A stretch of DNA of 64,000 nucleotides from an uncultured delta proteobacterium. GTDB taxonomy: Bacteria > Desulfobacterota > RBG-13-43-22. This document shows, piece after piece, positions 1 through 10,390 of this stretch. The DNA is taken from NCBI GenBank assembly GCA_963790475.1, contig CAWBOS010000013.1, positions 160,001 through 224,000 of the forward strand, written 5' to 3'. How positions within the stretch are numbered: the first letter of the stretch is position 1; the number at the start of each line of letters is the position of its first letter. Under the pieces are notes generated by a model. The model did no database searches. It worked only from the letters and a program-made list of their open reading frames with translations, and had not been told where the DNA came from. The translations under genes were made by a program, and so were the position numbers.

Positions 1-210
1 TTTGTCAAAAATATTGGGTACGAGAAAAAGTTTGGAAGATTATTTAATAAGATGGGATTTAATAATGTCCAATCTACAATTTTTTGGTCAAACGAAGTCG
101 TTATGAAAAAACCTAATTGGGTTTACGCTATTAACATGAATTATGGAGGGAAAAGTCGACATAAGAAAATAGCCAAACATTGCATTTGGCCTGTGAGATC
201 TGAATGTTAA
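1..210 (+). CDS. Partial (5' end outside window) DUF1566/Lcl-domain protein
   Basis: Frame +1 is open from base 1 to TAA at 208-210. It reads ...FNNVQSTIFWS...WVYAINMNYG...CIWPVRSEC, which resembles the DUF1566 C-terminal pattern (F.NVQ...YWS...W.V.M..G...VWPVR). Confidence 0.6.
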   Translation, partial: FVKNIGYEKKFGRLFNKMGFNNVQSTIFWSNEVVMKKPNWVYAINMNYGGKSRHKKIAKHCIWPVRSEC

Positions 211-492
211 TGATCTTTCAATAGGGCAGAGGTCCATAAAGTGTTGAGAAAGGGCTTTCTCAATCTGAAGGGGACTTCTTCGGCCAAGATTAAGATAAGT
301 AAGATAGGATGTTGCATTACAGCGAATCTTACTATCTTACTTGCAACCGTGAAGGGCCTTCCATTGGCTCTGCCCTGTAAATAAATTAAGTTTTTGTGAT
401 ATGAATAGCAATGAATGACCAATTTGTATATAAATTACCCAAGTTTTCTTGTTGGCAACCCTCTCATTAAGGAGTTCCAATGGCAGAATGAT

Positions 493-530
493 AACCCCCA
501 TTCCTCAAAAGAGAAGTGGGGGTTTTTTTT
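493..530 (+). terminator. Rho-independent terminator-like hairpin; inverted copy at 14424-14469
   Basis: AACCCCCA-TTCCTCAAAAGAGAAG-TGGGGGTT followed by a T run. Confidence 0.65.
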
Positions 531-574
531 CGATCTAAGCGATCACGAAATAAATTATGGAATAGAGAGTTATT

Positions 575-2827
575 ATGCCTCGATTGACTGAACAGGAACA
601 ACAAGAGATTATCCGCTATATTGAGGCCGACAAACCCCTGCCGGACAAGTACCGATTCTTATTGTTTGAAGACAAACGCGAAGTGGAGTTGGTCTGGAAT
701 GGGAAGACTAATGAGGTCTGCAACATCGTGTTGCCGTTTCAGGTGATCGAGCAGGTGGACGAGCCGCGGGCCGAAAAGCCGGCCGATACGGCGCTACAAA
801 TGGGCCTCTTCGACTCCCGGGGGCGTCAGCTAAAGGGGTGGACAAACAAGCTCATCTGGGGGGACAACAAGCTTATTCTCTCCTCCCTGAAGAACGGCCC
901 CTTGCGTGAGGAGATTGAGAAACAGGGCGGCATCAAGGTGATGTCTATTGATCCCCCCTTTGACGTAGGTGCGGATTTCTCCATGGATATTGAGATCGGT
1001 GACGACACCTTCACCAAAAAGCCCAACATTCTTGAAGAGATCGCCTACCGTGACACCTGGGGCAAGGGTGTGGATTCCTTCATCGCTATGATTTATGAGC
1101 GGCTAACACTGATGCGAGATCTCCTGGCTGAAGATGGCAGTATTTATGTCCATTGTGATTGGCATATTGGGCACAGTATTAAACTTGTGTTAGATGAGGT
1201 TTTTGGTGCGATTAATTTCAGAAATCATATTTCCTGGAAAAGGAGCACTCCGAGGGGTAATGCGAAAAATAAATATCCTGAATTAACGGATTTCATTCTT
1301 TTTTATTCAAAGTCTGAGGACACCATTTGGAATGACCAGTATACTGATTATAGGCCAGAATACATTGAAAAATACTATTCATATGTTGATGAGAAGACAG
1401 GAAAGAAGTTTCAACCTACAAGTTTGCTTGGGCATTCCGGCGTTAACCCAATTTATGAGTGGCGAGGCATCAAAAGACCTTGGAGATACCCAATAAACCG
1501 GCTCGAAGAGTTAGATATTCAAGGAAAGATTTATTGGCCTGAAGGAGAAGGTATCCCCAGGTTAAAACGTTTTTTTGATGAACAAAAAGGGGTACCAGTT
1601 CAGTCATTATGGGATGATATTCCACCTGTTAATTCTCAAGCGCTCGAAGATACAAAATACGCGACTCAAAAGCCCGAAGCCCTACTCGAACGCATCATTA
1701 AAGGCTCTTCAAATGAAGGCGATCTCGTTGCTGACCCTTTCGGTGGTTCTGGAACCTTGGCAGCGGTGGCGGAGAAATTAGGCCGCAAGTGGATTGTAGC
1801 CGACCTTGGCAAGTTCGCCATCCACACGACGCGCAAGCGGTTGATCGGCGTCCAGCGGCAACTGAAAGCCGAGGGTAAAGACTACCGCGCTTTTGAAATC
1901 CTAAACCTGGGCAAGTACGAGCGCCAACATTACATCGGTATCAATCCGAACCTACGTCAGGCAGAACAACAAAAACAACTGGAAGAAAAGGAAGCCGCGT
2001 TTCTCGACCTGATTCTACGTGCCTACCGGGCCGAGAAGACCGAGGGTTTTGCCGCGTTCCACGGCAAAAAAGCTGGACGGTTGGTGGCGGTGGGACCGGT
2101 CAATCTGCCGGTAACACGCCTGTTCGTTGAAGAAATCATTTTGGAATGCCGCAAAAAACATATTACAAAAGTGGACCTTCTCGGTTTTGAGTTTGAAATG
2201 GGGCTGTTCCCCAATGTATTGGATGAAGCCAGGGCCAAGGGCATCGACATTTCGCCTAAGTATATCCCCGCTGATGTCTTCGACAAACGGGCTGTGGAAA
2301 AGAATCAGGTGGTCTTCCATGACGTGGCCGCCATTGAAGTCAAGCCGCATGTCAAAAAAAATAATGTGGCGGTGGAGCTGACAGACTTTTCGGTTTTTTA
2401 TTCCCAGGATTCCATCGCCGGCGCCGAGGCCACGCTTAAGGACAAGGCCAGCAAGATCGTGGTGGAGAAGGGCCAGATCATTAAATTGATTAAGGACGCG
2501 AAGGGCCTCGTGAAACGGGAGTATTTGACTAAGAAGTGGACTGATTGGATTGATTACTGGGCGGTGGATTTCAACTTCGAAAACAAGCGAGAGATTATCC
2601 GCGTACAGAACGAGGAAAACGGTGAGTGGGAGGAGCGTTGGACTGGAGACTACATCTTTGAAAACGAGTGGCAGTCCTTCCGTACCAAGAAAGACCGCTC
2701 GCTGGAAATGACCAGCGTCTTTCACGAATGCCCGCCCGGACGGCGCAAGCTGGCGGTGAAGGTGGTGGATATTTTCGGCAACGACACCATGACCATTGTC
2801 GAAATCTCTGTGGGAGGGAAGAAATAA
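575..2827 (+). CDS. mod: Type III restriction-modification DNA methyltransferase (Mod)
   Basis: NKLIWGDN, IDPPF (motif IV), YATQKPEALLERII and DPFGGSGT (motif I) in beta-class order. An AT-rich central TRD lies at about 1150-1660. The stop overlaps the res start (TAATG). Confidence 0.9.
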   Translation: MPRLTEQEQQEIIRYIEADKPLPDKYRFLLFEDKREVELVWNGKTNEVCNIVLPFQVIEQVDEPRAEKPADTALQMGLFDSRGRQLKGWTNKLIWGDNKLILSSLKNGPLREEIEKQGGIKVMSIDPPFDVGADFSMDIEIGDDTFTKKPNILEEIAYRDTWGKGVDSFIAMIYERLTLMRDLLAEDGSIYVHCDWHIGHSIKLVLDEVFGAINFRNHISWKRSTPRGNAKNKYPELTDFILFYSKSEDTIWNDQYTDYRPEYIEKYYSYVDEKTGKKFQPTSLLGHSGVNPIYEWRGIKRPWRYPINRLEELDIQGKIYWPEGEGIPRLKRFFDEQKGVPVQSLWDDIPPVNSQALEDTKYATQKPEALLERIIKGSSNEGDLVADPFGGSGTLAAVAEKLGRKWIVADLGKFAIHTTRKRLIGVQRQLKAEGKDYRAFEILNLGKYERQHYIGINPNLRQAEQQKQLEEKEAAFLDLILRAYRAEKTEGFAAFHGKKAGRLVAVGPVNLPVTRLFVEEIILECRKKHITKVDLLGFEFEMGLFPNVLDEARAKGIDISPKYIPADVFDKRAVEKNQVVFHDVAAIEVKPHVKKNNVAVELTDFSVFYSQDSIAGAEATLKDKASKIVVEKGQIIKLIKDAKGLVKREYLTKKWTDWIDYWAVDFNFENKREIIRVQNEENGEWEERWTGDYIFENEWQSFRTKKDRSLEMTSVFHECPPGRRKLAVKVVDIFGNDTMTIVEISVGGKK

Positions 2828-5508
2828 TGGCCTTGCATAAAGACTTTCCTGAATCCCCCTACGATATTCTTGACCCGGTCTTGCGTTGGTTTCCGGCCGA
2901 CGAATCGTTGCGCGAGACCACGATGGAAAAACTGATACCCCCGTTGGTGTCGCAACTACGCAATAAGGTGAAGGAATGGCGGGACAGCAGTTATGCCGGG
3001 GCCACGGATACCAGCAAGAGTTTGCTTAAATGGTGGTTTATTACCCCACACCTGCTGCCCAAGGCTGACGGCACCATGACCGAGTTTCAGTATTACTTTG
3101 CCCAGCGCGAGGCGCTGGAGACGATTATCTATCTTTATGATGTGGTTGGCGTCCAAGACAAGTTTGATCTCATGCGCTTTGACAGTTCCGGCGCGGTTTC
3201 GGCCGGAATGTTCGATGAAACCTGGCGACGTTTTGTGGTAAAAATGGCGACCGGCTCCGGCAAGACCAAGGTGTTGAGTCTTGTTCTGGCTTGGAGTTTC
3301 TATCATAAGCTTTATGAACCGGGGTCGGAGTTGGCTCGGAATTTTCTGGTAATCACTCCTAATATTATCGTCCTGGATCGCATCTATAAGGATTTTAAGG
3401 GCCTTGATATCTTTTTTAAAGACCCGGTTATTCCCGACAATGGCGTGGGCGGACGGAACTGGCGCGATGATTTTCAACTGACCCTGCACGTGCAGGACGA
3501 GGTGCGGATTACCCGTCCCACCGGTAATATCTTTTTAACCAACATTCACCGTGTTTATGCCGGGAATGATATTCCCCCTTCTCCTGATGACGAAGACCTC
3601 CGGGATTATTTCCTGGGGAAGCGTCCCAGCGGCGCAACTACCGATTCCAAAGTTGACTTGGGAATGATCGTGCGCGACGTTGATGAGCTGGTGGTCTTGA
3701 ACGACGAGGCCCATCACATCCATGACCCTCGCATGGCTTGGTTCAAATCCATCGAGGACATCCATAATCGATTGAAACAAAAAGGCGCGGCTCTCTCCCT
3801 GCAAGTGGACACTACCGCCACCCCAAAACACAATAACGGGGCAATCTTCGTCCAGACGGTGGCCGATTATCCATTGGTTGAAGCAATCTCGCAAAACGTG
3901 GTTAAACACCCGGTCCTGCCCGATGCCCCCAGCCGTGCCAAATTAGTGGAACGTCAGAGCGCCAAATTCACCGAGAAATACACAGATTACATCCACCTCG
4001 GGGTGATCGAGTGGCGCAAGACGTATACCGAGCATGAAAAACTGGGCAAGAAGGCCATCCTGTTCGTTATGACGGACGATACCCGCAATTGCGACGACGT
4101 GGCTGAATACCTTGAAAATAATTATCCCGATCTGAAAAACGCAGTCTTGGTCATTCATACTAAGACCAATGGTGAGATTTCCGAATCAACCTCGGGCAAG
4201 AGCAAGGAAGAGTTGGACAAACTTCGTGAGCAGGCGAACATTATTGATGAACTGGACAGTCCTTACAAGGCTATCATATCCGTGATGGTGCTCAAAGAGG
4301 GTTGGGACGTGCGCAACGTTACCACCATTGTGGGTTTGCGGGCCTATTCCGCCCAAAGCAATATTTTGCCCGAACAAACCCTTGGTCGCGGATTAAGAAA
4401 AATGTACCCCGGCAGCGTGGAAGAATACGTCAGCGTAGTCGGAACCAATGCCTTTATGGAATTTGTTGAATCGATCCAGGCCGAAGGGGTGGTCCTGGAC
4501 CACAAGCCTATGGGCGAGGGGACAGGCCCCAAAACCCCCCTGGTTGTGGAGGTTGATAGAGACAATATCAAAAAGGACATCGAGGCGCTGGATATCGAAA
4601 TTCCGGTGCTGTCCCCGCGGATCTATCGGGAATATAAGAACCTTAGCAGCCTGGACGTAAGCGCGATTGGGCACCAACGTGTCTTATACCTTCAATTCAG
4701 CGAAGAGGAGCAACGGGAGATCGTCTTTAAGGACATCACCACCGGGGAGGTATCCCACACAACAATTTTGGATACAGGAGGTGTTGCCGATTACCGCAGC
4801 GTTATCGGCTTCTTCGCCCAATCCATTATGAAAGAATTGCGGCTGGTAGGCGGTTATGACGTTCTATATGGAAAGGTCAAGGCGTTTATCCGGGATGATC
4901 TGTTCGACAGGGAAGTGGACCTCGAAAGCCCAAACACCTTGCGAAACCTGTCAGAGCCGGCAGCAACGATGACTCTGATTGGGACCTTTAAAAAAGCGAT
5001 CAATGCTCTCACAGTCCAAGACAAAGGGGACGCTGAAATCCGCGATACTATCAAACTAAGGCAGACGAGGCCCTTTGTGGCGAAGGAGCAAAGCTACCTT
5101 ATCCCGAAAAAAAGCGTTTTTAATCGTATTATCGGCGATAGCCATTTTGAATTGCTATTCGCCCGGTTCTTGGAAGACTGCGAAGATGTGATTTCCTACG
5201 CCAAGAATTATTTGGCTGTTCATTTCAAGCTGGACTACGTTAATGCGGCCGGTGATATTTCCACCTACTATCCGGATTTTTTAGTAAAGCTATCCGATAA
5301 TCGCATGGTCATTGTTGAAACCAAGGGGCAGGAAGAATTAGACGTACCCCAAAAAATGGACCGTTTGCGGCAATGGTGTGAGGATATCAACCGCGTCCAG
5401 TCCGATGTAAGATATGGCTTTGTTTATGTGGACCAGGAAAGCTTTGAGAGATTCAAGCCGGTCTCATTCAGGCAATTGGTTGAAGGCTTCAGGGAATACA
5501 AAAAATAA
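2827..5508 (+). CDS. res: Type III restriction endonuclease/helicase subunit (Res)
   Basis: ATG at 2827 is coupled to the mod stop. SF2 motifs MATGSGKT, NDEAHH, TATP, LKEGWD and QTLGRGLR are present, with a C-terminal PD-(D/E)xK nuclease (YPDFLV...IVETKG). Confidence 0.9.
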   Translation: MALHKDFPESPYDILDPVLRWFPADESLRETTMEKLIPPLVSQLRNKVKEWRDSSYAGATDTSKSLLKWWFITPHLLPKADGTMTEFQYYFAQREALETIIYLYDVVGVQDKFDLMRFDSSGAVSAGMFDETWRRFVVKMATGSGKTKVLSLVLAWSFYHKLYEPGSELARNFLVITPNIIVLDRIYKDFKGLDIFFKDPVIPDNGVGGRNWRDDFQLTLHVQDEVRITRPTGNIFLTNIHRVYAGNDIPPSPDDEDLRDYFLGKRPSGATTDSKVDLGMIVRDVDELVVLNDEAHHIHDPRMAWFKSIEDIHNRLKQKGAALSLQVDTTATPKHNNGAIFVQTVADYPLVEAISQNVVKHPVLPDAPSRAKLVERQSAKFTEKYTDYIHLGVIEWRKTYTEHEKLGKKAILFVMTDDTRNCDDVAEYLENNYPDLKNAVLVIHTKTNGEISESTSGKSKEELDKLREQANIIDELDSPYKAIISVMVLKEGWDVRNVTTIVGLRAYSAQSNILPEQTLGRGLRKMYPGSVEEYVSVVGTNAFMEFVESIQAEGVVLDHKPMGEGTGPKTPLVVEVDRDNIKKDIEALDIEIPVLSPRIYREYKNLSSLDVSAIGHQRVLYLQFSEEEQREIVFKDITTGEVSHTTILDTGGVADYRSVIGFFAQSIMKELRLVGGYDVLYGKVKAFIRDDLFDREVDLESPNTLRNLSEPAATMTLIGTFKKAINALTVQDKGDAEIRDTIKLRQTRPFVAKEQSYLIPKKSVFNRIIGDSHFELLFARFLEDCEDVISYAKNYLAVHFKLDYVNAAGDISTYYPDFLVKLSDNRMVIVETKGQEELDVPQKMDRLRQWCEDINRVQSDVRYGFVYVDQESFERFKPVSFRQLVEGFREYKK

Positions 5509-5557
5509 ATATAACACGGCGCTTCCCCGGACGACTATTCCGCTGCCGCTCCATAGC
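5509..5557 (+). other. Truncated integron attC-like site after res
   Basis: ATATAAC (R''-like) directly follows the stop, then CGGACGACTATTCCGCTGCCGCTCCATAGC, which resembles an attC left arm and loop. The right arm and GTT core are missing. Confidence 0.35.
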
Positions 5558-5580
5558 AATGGTTTGATGAAGGGGGGAAC

Positions 5581-5850
5581 TTGAAAAGCAAAATCACTGA
5601 GATTCCGATTTCATACCTTACCCGCTCAAAAAACAGACTGGGTAAAGGGGCCGTCCCCTGCGTGGCTACCGGTCGTTGGTTGGAATTCCCACCTGTATCC
5701 TCTGGCCACTTCAAGGAGGGCGAGTTTATCTTATTGAAAGTAATGACAAAAGATAAAAACAATAGAGACAAAATAATTTGTAAACTTGTTATCACCAGGG
5801 AAAACCTGCTGGACGCAATAAATTTTACAGGAAGTCCCTTAAAATATTGA
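5581..5850 (+). CDS. Small hypothetical protein
   Basis: 89-aa ORF with a G-rich RBS before the TTG start; no recognisable family. Confidence 0.4.
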   Translation: MKSKITEIPISYLTRSKNRLGKGAVPCVATGRWLEFPPVSSGHFKEGEFILLKVMTKDKNNRDKIICKLVITRENLLDAINFTGSPLKY

Positions 5851-5998
5851 TAACTATATCAGGGGGATATGGGATAGCACCAAATGGAGGTTTGAGAACT
5901 TCTTCCTGCTATACGTACCAAAGTGATGATTGACAGATAAGGAGATTTTGATCATCATCTGTCTGATTTTCTTATTGATTTAAGAAAAGGAGACAGAG

Positions 5999-7138
5999 AT
6001 GACGAGCCTATATAGTGATATACAGAAGGCAGATATAACTTCAGATCATTTTAAGAGTCCCACCCCAACCCCACCCCGTTACTATCAGACGCGGTTACGA
6101 TTCACCTCCCATCTTGAAGGAAGTTTAGAAGCGCTCGGAAAGATTTTGAAACGGTTGGCCGGAATGGACCTCCCGGGGAGAGATCAGGTAGCCGCCTATC
6201 TTCGCCACTTAACTCACGGCAATCGCCGACCGAGAACCCTGTACAGTCGGTTTGGCACCCTCGTTCTTTTTCTGGGACTGATACGGGACACCGGCAAAGG
6301 CTTTGAAGCCATTACCCGAAGTGATGTAGAGGCCTTTATCGAGCGAGAGCAGGACCGGGGGATTAAGATAACGACGATCAGGACCAGGCTGGTGAGTGTG
6401 CAGGCCTTTCTCCGCTATCTGGTGGAGGAAGGGATCGTTTCTGGGGATATATTCCGCAGTCGGAGGATACGGTTGCAGTTACCGGAGCGGCTGCCGCGGG
6501 CCATGGATCCTGACGATCTGCAGAAGCTGCTTTCCGTTATTCATGATATCCGTGACCGAGCTTTGATCCTGGTCTTGTTGCGGACTGGCCTGCGGATCGG
6601 CGAGTTGCTTCAGACCAAGATGACCGACGTCCATCTCCAGGAGCGGAAGATAGAGATTTACGAAGGGGAGAAGAACCGCCTGGGGAGGGTGGTCTATCTC
6701 AGCGACGATGCAGTTATAGCCCTGCGGAAGTGGTTGAAGAAGAGGAATCCCGGAGAGGAGTACCTGTTCTATGGGAAGAACGTCGAGACTTTGTGTTACA
6801 GCACCGCCCGGATCATCTTTCTGCGATATATATCCAAAGCGGGATTAGAGGGCAAGGGATATTCCCTGCATACCCTGCGTCACACCTTTGCCACGGAGTT
6901 GCTCAACGCCGGCATGCGTCTGGAGTGCCTCCAGGTATTGCTGGGACACCGGAGCATCGAGGAGACGCGACGTTATGCCCGGTTGACCGATAAGACCCGG
7001 GAGGAGGAGTATTTTAAGGCCATGTCGAAGATCGAGAGGAGGAAGAGTCATGATCGATGCGATCCTGAACTGGCGGCGATTTTTGAAGCGAAGGAACTGT
7101 TCGCCCCATTGCCTGAAGAACTATCTGAACCTCATTAA
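5999..7138 (+). CDS. Tyrosine recombinase (XerC/D-like)
   Basis: Catalytic set present: GLRIGE, GEKNR, HTLRHTFAT, LLGH, TRRYA, with a SAM-like N-terminal domain. Confidence 0.9.
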   Translation: MTSLYSDIQKADITSDHFKSPTPTPPRYYQTRLRFTSHLEGSLEALGKILKRLAGMDLPGRDQVAAYLRHLTHGNRRPRTLYSRFGTLVLFLGLIRDTGKGFEAITRSDVEAFIEREQDRGIKITTIRTRLVSVQAFLRYLVEEGIVSGDIFRSRRIRLQLPERLPRAMDPDDLQKLLSVIHDIRDRALILVLLRTGLRIGELLQTKMTDVHLQERKIEIYEGEKNRLGRVVYLSDDAVIALRKWLKKRNPGEEYLFYGKNVETLCYSTARIIFLRYISKAGLEGKGYSLHTLRHTFATELLNAGMRLECLQVLLGHRSIEETRRYARLTDKTREEEYFKAMSKIERRKSHDRCDPELAAIFEAKELFAPLPEELSEPH

Positions 7139-7937
7139 ACACTTTGTCATCTGGTTGGATGTGCCGGTGGAGGAGGTTACCTCTGCGGTCGTCTCCCGCT
7201 ACATTGAGCATCTGATGAGGAAGAGACTGGCGCCCAAGACAGTCAACTGTCACTTAAACGGCATCCGCCAGTTCTACCATTATCTGCGGGAGGAAGAAGG
7301 TCTGACCATCACCAATCCCATCAGGAAGCATCACTTCCAGAAGATGTCCAGGCCCCTTCCCCGGCACCTGAGAGATGAACAGGTGGAGACCTTCTTCCAG
7401 GCCATCAAGGGGGCCCGCGACCGGGCCATGTTCATGCTTATGCTTAGATGCGGGTTACGGGTGGAAGAAGTCGCCCATCTCACCATAGGCGTCATCGACG
7501 TCAAGCGCAGGACCATCCTGGTGGAAGACGGCAAGGGTGGAAAAGACCGGGTCGTCTATATGAGTCATGATGCCCTTCAGGCCCTGACCGCCTATCTGAG
7601 GGTGAGGCCTCTATCCAGAGCCAGTAGGATCTTTCTGGCGGAAAAGGCTCCCTGTAAGGGACAGCCCATTTCCATTCGTGGCATTCAGAGGCGCATGGAA
7701 TATTATGGCCGCCAAGCGAAGCTCAAGGTGTCCTGTCATCATCTTCGACACACCATGGCCACCCAGCTGCTCAACGCTGATGCCGATCTCTGCACCATCC
7801 AGGATCTCTTGGGTCATAGCAATGTGAAAACCACGCAACGGTACTGCCGGATATCAAACCTGAAAGTGCAGAGAGACTACTTCAAGGCCATGGAGGTGAT
7901 CAGGCTACAAACGGCTGGCAACCCAAATAATCCTTGA
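7050..7937 (+). CDS. Second tyrosine recombinase (XerC/D-like)
   Basis: GLRVEE, GKGGKDR, HHLRHTMAT, LLGH, TQRY. It overlaps the first gene, with an AGGAGG upstream of the ATG. Confidence 0.9.
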   Translation: MIDAILNWRRFLKRRNCSPHCLKNYLNLIKHFVIWLDVPVEEVTSAVVSRYIEHLMRKRLAPKTVNCHLNGIRQFYHYLREEEGLTITNPIRKHHFQKMSRPLPRHLRDEQVETFFQAIKGARDRAMFMLMLRCGLRVEEVAHLTIGVIDVKRRTILVEDGKGGKDRVVYMSHDALQALTAYLRVRPLSRASRIFLAEKAPCKGQPISIRGIQRRMEYYGRQAKLKVSCHHLRHTMATQLLNADADLCTIQDLLGHSNVKTTQRYCRISNLKVQRDYFKAMEVIRLQTAGNPNNP

Positions 7938-8183
7938 CAAAAGAACTAAACTATGAAATTTTAAACAGTACCTAACCCATTAACTTCAATAAGAAAATCA
8001 GACTTTAGTACGTATAGCTTCCTGTAGTCCGCAGATCTCTATTTTTGAAAAACCGCAAGAGTACGAACGGAAATCGTTAATAAAAATACCTTGTTATTTC
8101 AGGAAATTCAACAGATAATAAAGTATTCCCAACAAGTTTACCTATTTTTTGCTTTCAATCCCTCTCGATAGAATTGGAGAATA

Positions 8184-9605
8184 ATGAGCATACGGGATAC
8201 CATGAAGAAGCTATTGGGTGGTAAGCCCGTTGATATCGGTGAGCTTAATAGGCGAACAACACGGGAATCTTTGCAGAAGGTTCCTATCCCCGTACCCAAA
8301 AACCCTCTTGAAGGGATTCACATCACTGATGAATTTAGAACAGTCGAGTCTTTGCTTGATGCTGGCTACCCAGTAGTCTTCGTCTCTGGCAATGCTGGCA
8401 CGGGAAAGTCAACATTGATCCATTATCTACGAACTGTCCTAAAGAAGAAGTTGGTAGTTGTAGCCCCAACTGGTGTGGCTGCCCTGAACGTCGGCGGCGT
8501 TACAATTCATTCATTTTTCCATCTCCCCCCGAAGATCCACGAAGACGAAGATATCAAACTCGTATATGACAGGAGGCTTTACCAGAAACTAGACTTGCTT
8601 ATTATCGATGAAGTCTCAATGGTCCGATGTGATCTCATGGACAGCATTGACAATTTCCTCAAAAAGAATAGGGCGAACAATGACCCCTTCGGTGGCGTTC
8701 AATTGCTACTGATTGGCGACCTCTTTCAATTGCCGCCTGTCGTTCCTAGGCAGGAAATGGTTATATTAAAAGAGAAGGGATACTTCAGCCCTTACTTCTT
8801 TAGTTCGTTTAGCCTGCAGAAAAGTTCCCTGGTTCCCATTGAGCTTACATTTGTCTATAGACAAGAGGACTCCTTTTTCGTATCTCTGCTGAATAGTTTG
8901 CGGATAGGGGAGAACGTAGATTTAGCAACTGCCGAGGTCAATTCCCGGTGTTATTGGAACGGAGATGTATCTACAGACATCACTCTGACTTGCACGAACA
9001 TAAGGGCTGACCAAATCAACATGGATGAATTGCACCAGATACTTGAAAGAGAGTATGCCTTCAAAGGCGAAATCAAAGGACGGTTCTCTCTTGAAGAAGA
9101 CAAACTGCCTTCCCCGCTTGACCTAAGGTTGAAAGTCGGTGCACGAGTTATGTTCACCAAGAACGACGATCACCGAAGGTGGGTCAATGGAACTCTCGGT
9201 ATCATACGACATATAGACCAAAAATCAATCGGCGTTGAACTTGTTACTGATCAGAAAGGGTCAAACTTTGATGTTCAAAGGGTTACATGGGAGACATACA
9301 AGTATGCCTACAGCCCCGAGAAGGACCAGATACTTGCGAAAAAAGTAGGCGAGTACACACAGTATCCCTTAATGCTGGCATGGGCCGTCACTATACACAA
9401 GAGTCAAGGCAAGACCCTGAAAAACGTCCTGGTTGATCTGGGCAATGGTGCATTTACTTCTGGCCAGGTCTACGTGGCGCTTAGTCGTTGTCGATCTATA
9501 AAAGACATCCGTCTCGCACGTCCACTTCGGAATACAGACGTGAAATGTGATCCTTTGATTAAAAGATTCTACCTAACTTTGGATGAAATGAAAAAGAGAA
9601 TGTGA
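8184..9605 (+). CDS. PIF1/RecD-like SF1B DNA helicase
   Basis: GNAGTGKS, APTGVAA, TIHSFF, IIDEVSM, GDLFQLPPV, YPLMLAWAVTIHKSQG, YVALSR. Confidence 0.9.
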   Translation: MSIRDTMKKLLGGKPVDIGELNRRTTRESLQKVPIPVPKNPLEGIHITDEFRTVESLLDAGYPVVFVSGNAGTGKSTLIHYLRTVLKKKLVVVAPTGVAALNVGGVTIHSFFHLPPKIHEDEDIKLVYDRRLYQKLDLLIIDEVSMVRCDLMDSIDNFLKKNRANNDPFGGVQLLLIGDLFQLPPVVPRQEMVILKEKGYFSPYFFSSFSLQKSSLVPIELTFVYRQEDSFFVSLLNSLRIGENVDLATAEVNSRCYWNGDVSTDITLTCTNIRADQINMDELHQILEREYAFKGEIKGRFSLEEDKLPSPLDLRLKVGARVMFTKNDDHRRWVNGTLGIIRHIDQKSIGVELVTDQKGSNFDVQRVTWETYKYAYSPEKDQILAKKVGEYTQYPLMLAWAVTIHKSQGKTLKNVLVDLGNGAFTSGQVYVALSRCRSIKDIRLARPLRNTDVKCDPLIKRFYLTLDEMKKRM

Positions 9606-9609
9606 TTTA

Positions 9610-10390
9610 ATGGAAAATTATTCAGACCACCTAATGCCCGAAGAGAAAGAACTTTTTGAAAAAAAGAAGGAATTAACAGTTCTTGAAGAAGAGTTGTTCC
9701 AGCAGGAGTTGGATTTGGCAACGACAAAGGCCGATCTTCTGGTATATGAAGGGAAGTATATTCGTATTGTTGGTAGCCTTTATGCAGAACTTGATGAGAT
9801 AGAGGCCCAAATATCTGAAGCAGAAGCAAACCTTGACCTTAATAACAAAGAGACTTTATTTAAAGCCAAAGAGGCCCGTCGAAAGGCACAAGAATCCCAC
9901 GAGGCTACCACATCTGCCATAATAGAAAAGGCACAAAAAAAATTCCGGCCATCAGATGAAATTAAAAAACTTTATCGTCAGGCGGCTAAAGCTATGCATC
10001 CGGATTTGTCAACAGACGAAAAGTCACACACTATACGAAAACAAATGATGGCTGAAGTAAACCTCGCTTACGAAGAAGGAAGCGAAGAAAAGCTGTGTGA
10101 AATTTTAAGACGGTGGGAAACTAGTCCGGATTCTGTTGAGGGGGAAGGGGTTGGAGCGGAGCTAATTAGAATAATCAGAAAAATTACTCAAATAAAGGAT
10201 CGATTAAAGGCTATTAAAGTTGAAATTTCGGATTTAGAGAAATCAGAATCTTTGGAAGTTAAAGGAAGAAATCAAAAAAGCAGAAAAAGAGGGAAGAGAT
10301 CTTCTTAAGGAAATGGCCGATAGACTATATGATCAAATACTGTCGGCAAGAGCCAGATTAAAAAATGTGAATATAAAAACCAGTGGTTAA
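9610..10390 (+). CDS. Coiled-coil J-domain (HPD) protein; apparent +1 frameshift near 10248
   Basis: KKLYRQAAKAMHPDL...MAEVNLAYEEG is a J-domain. The ORF track ends it at 10308. Removing one A near 10248 gives ...SDLWKLKEEIKKAEKEGRDLLKEMADRL...KTSG*, ending at TAA 10388-10390, which overlaps the next ATG (TAATG). Confidence 0.75.

Larger units (their letters stand above)
5902..8024. mobile_element. ~2.1-kb element encoding two tyrosine recombinases, bounded by bipartite inverted repeats and a 7-bp direct repeat
   Basis: CTTCCTG at 5902-5908 and 8018-8024. CTATACGTACCAAAGT (5909-5924) matches the reverse complement of 8002-8017 at 15/16. GTCTGATTTTCTTATTGA (5961-5978) is a perfect reverse complement of 7986-8003. 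Confidence 0.8.

Noticed and set aside
1-210. DGR (DUF1566 target plus an RT in the window)
   Set aside because: The RT is 54 kb away and is a group II intron maturase with domains V/VI. No template repeat matching this 3' end was seen.
2668-2826. Extended N-terminus of res in the ORF track
   Set aside because: It overlaps mod; the coupled ATG at 2827 with an upstream GGAGGG is the more plausible start.
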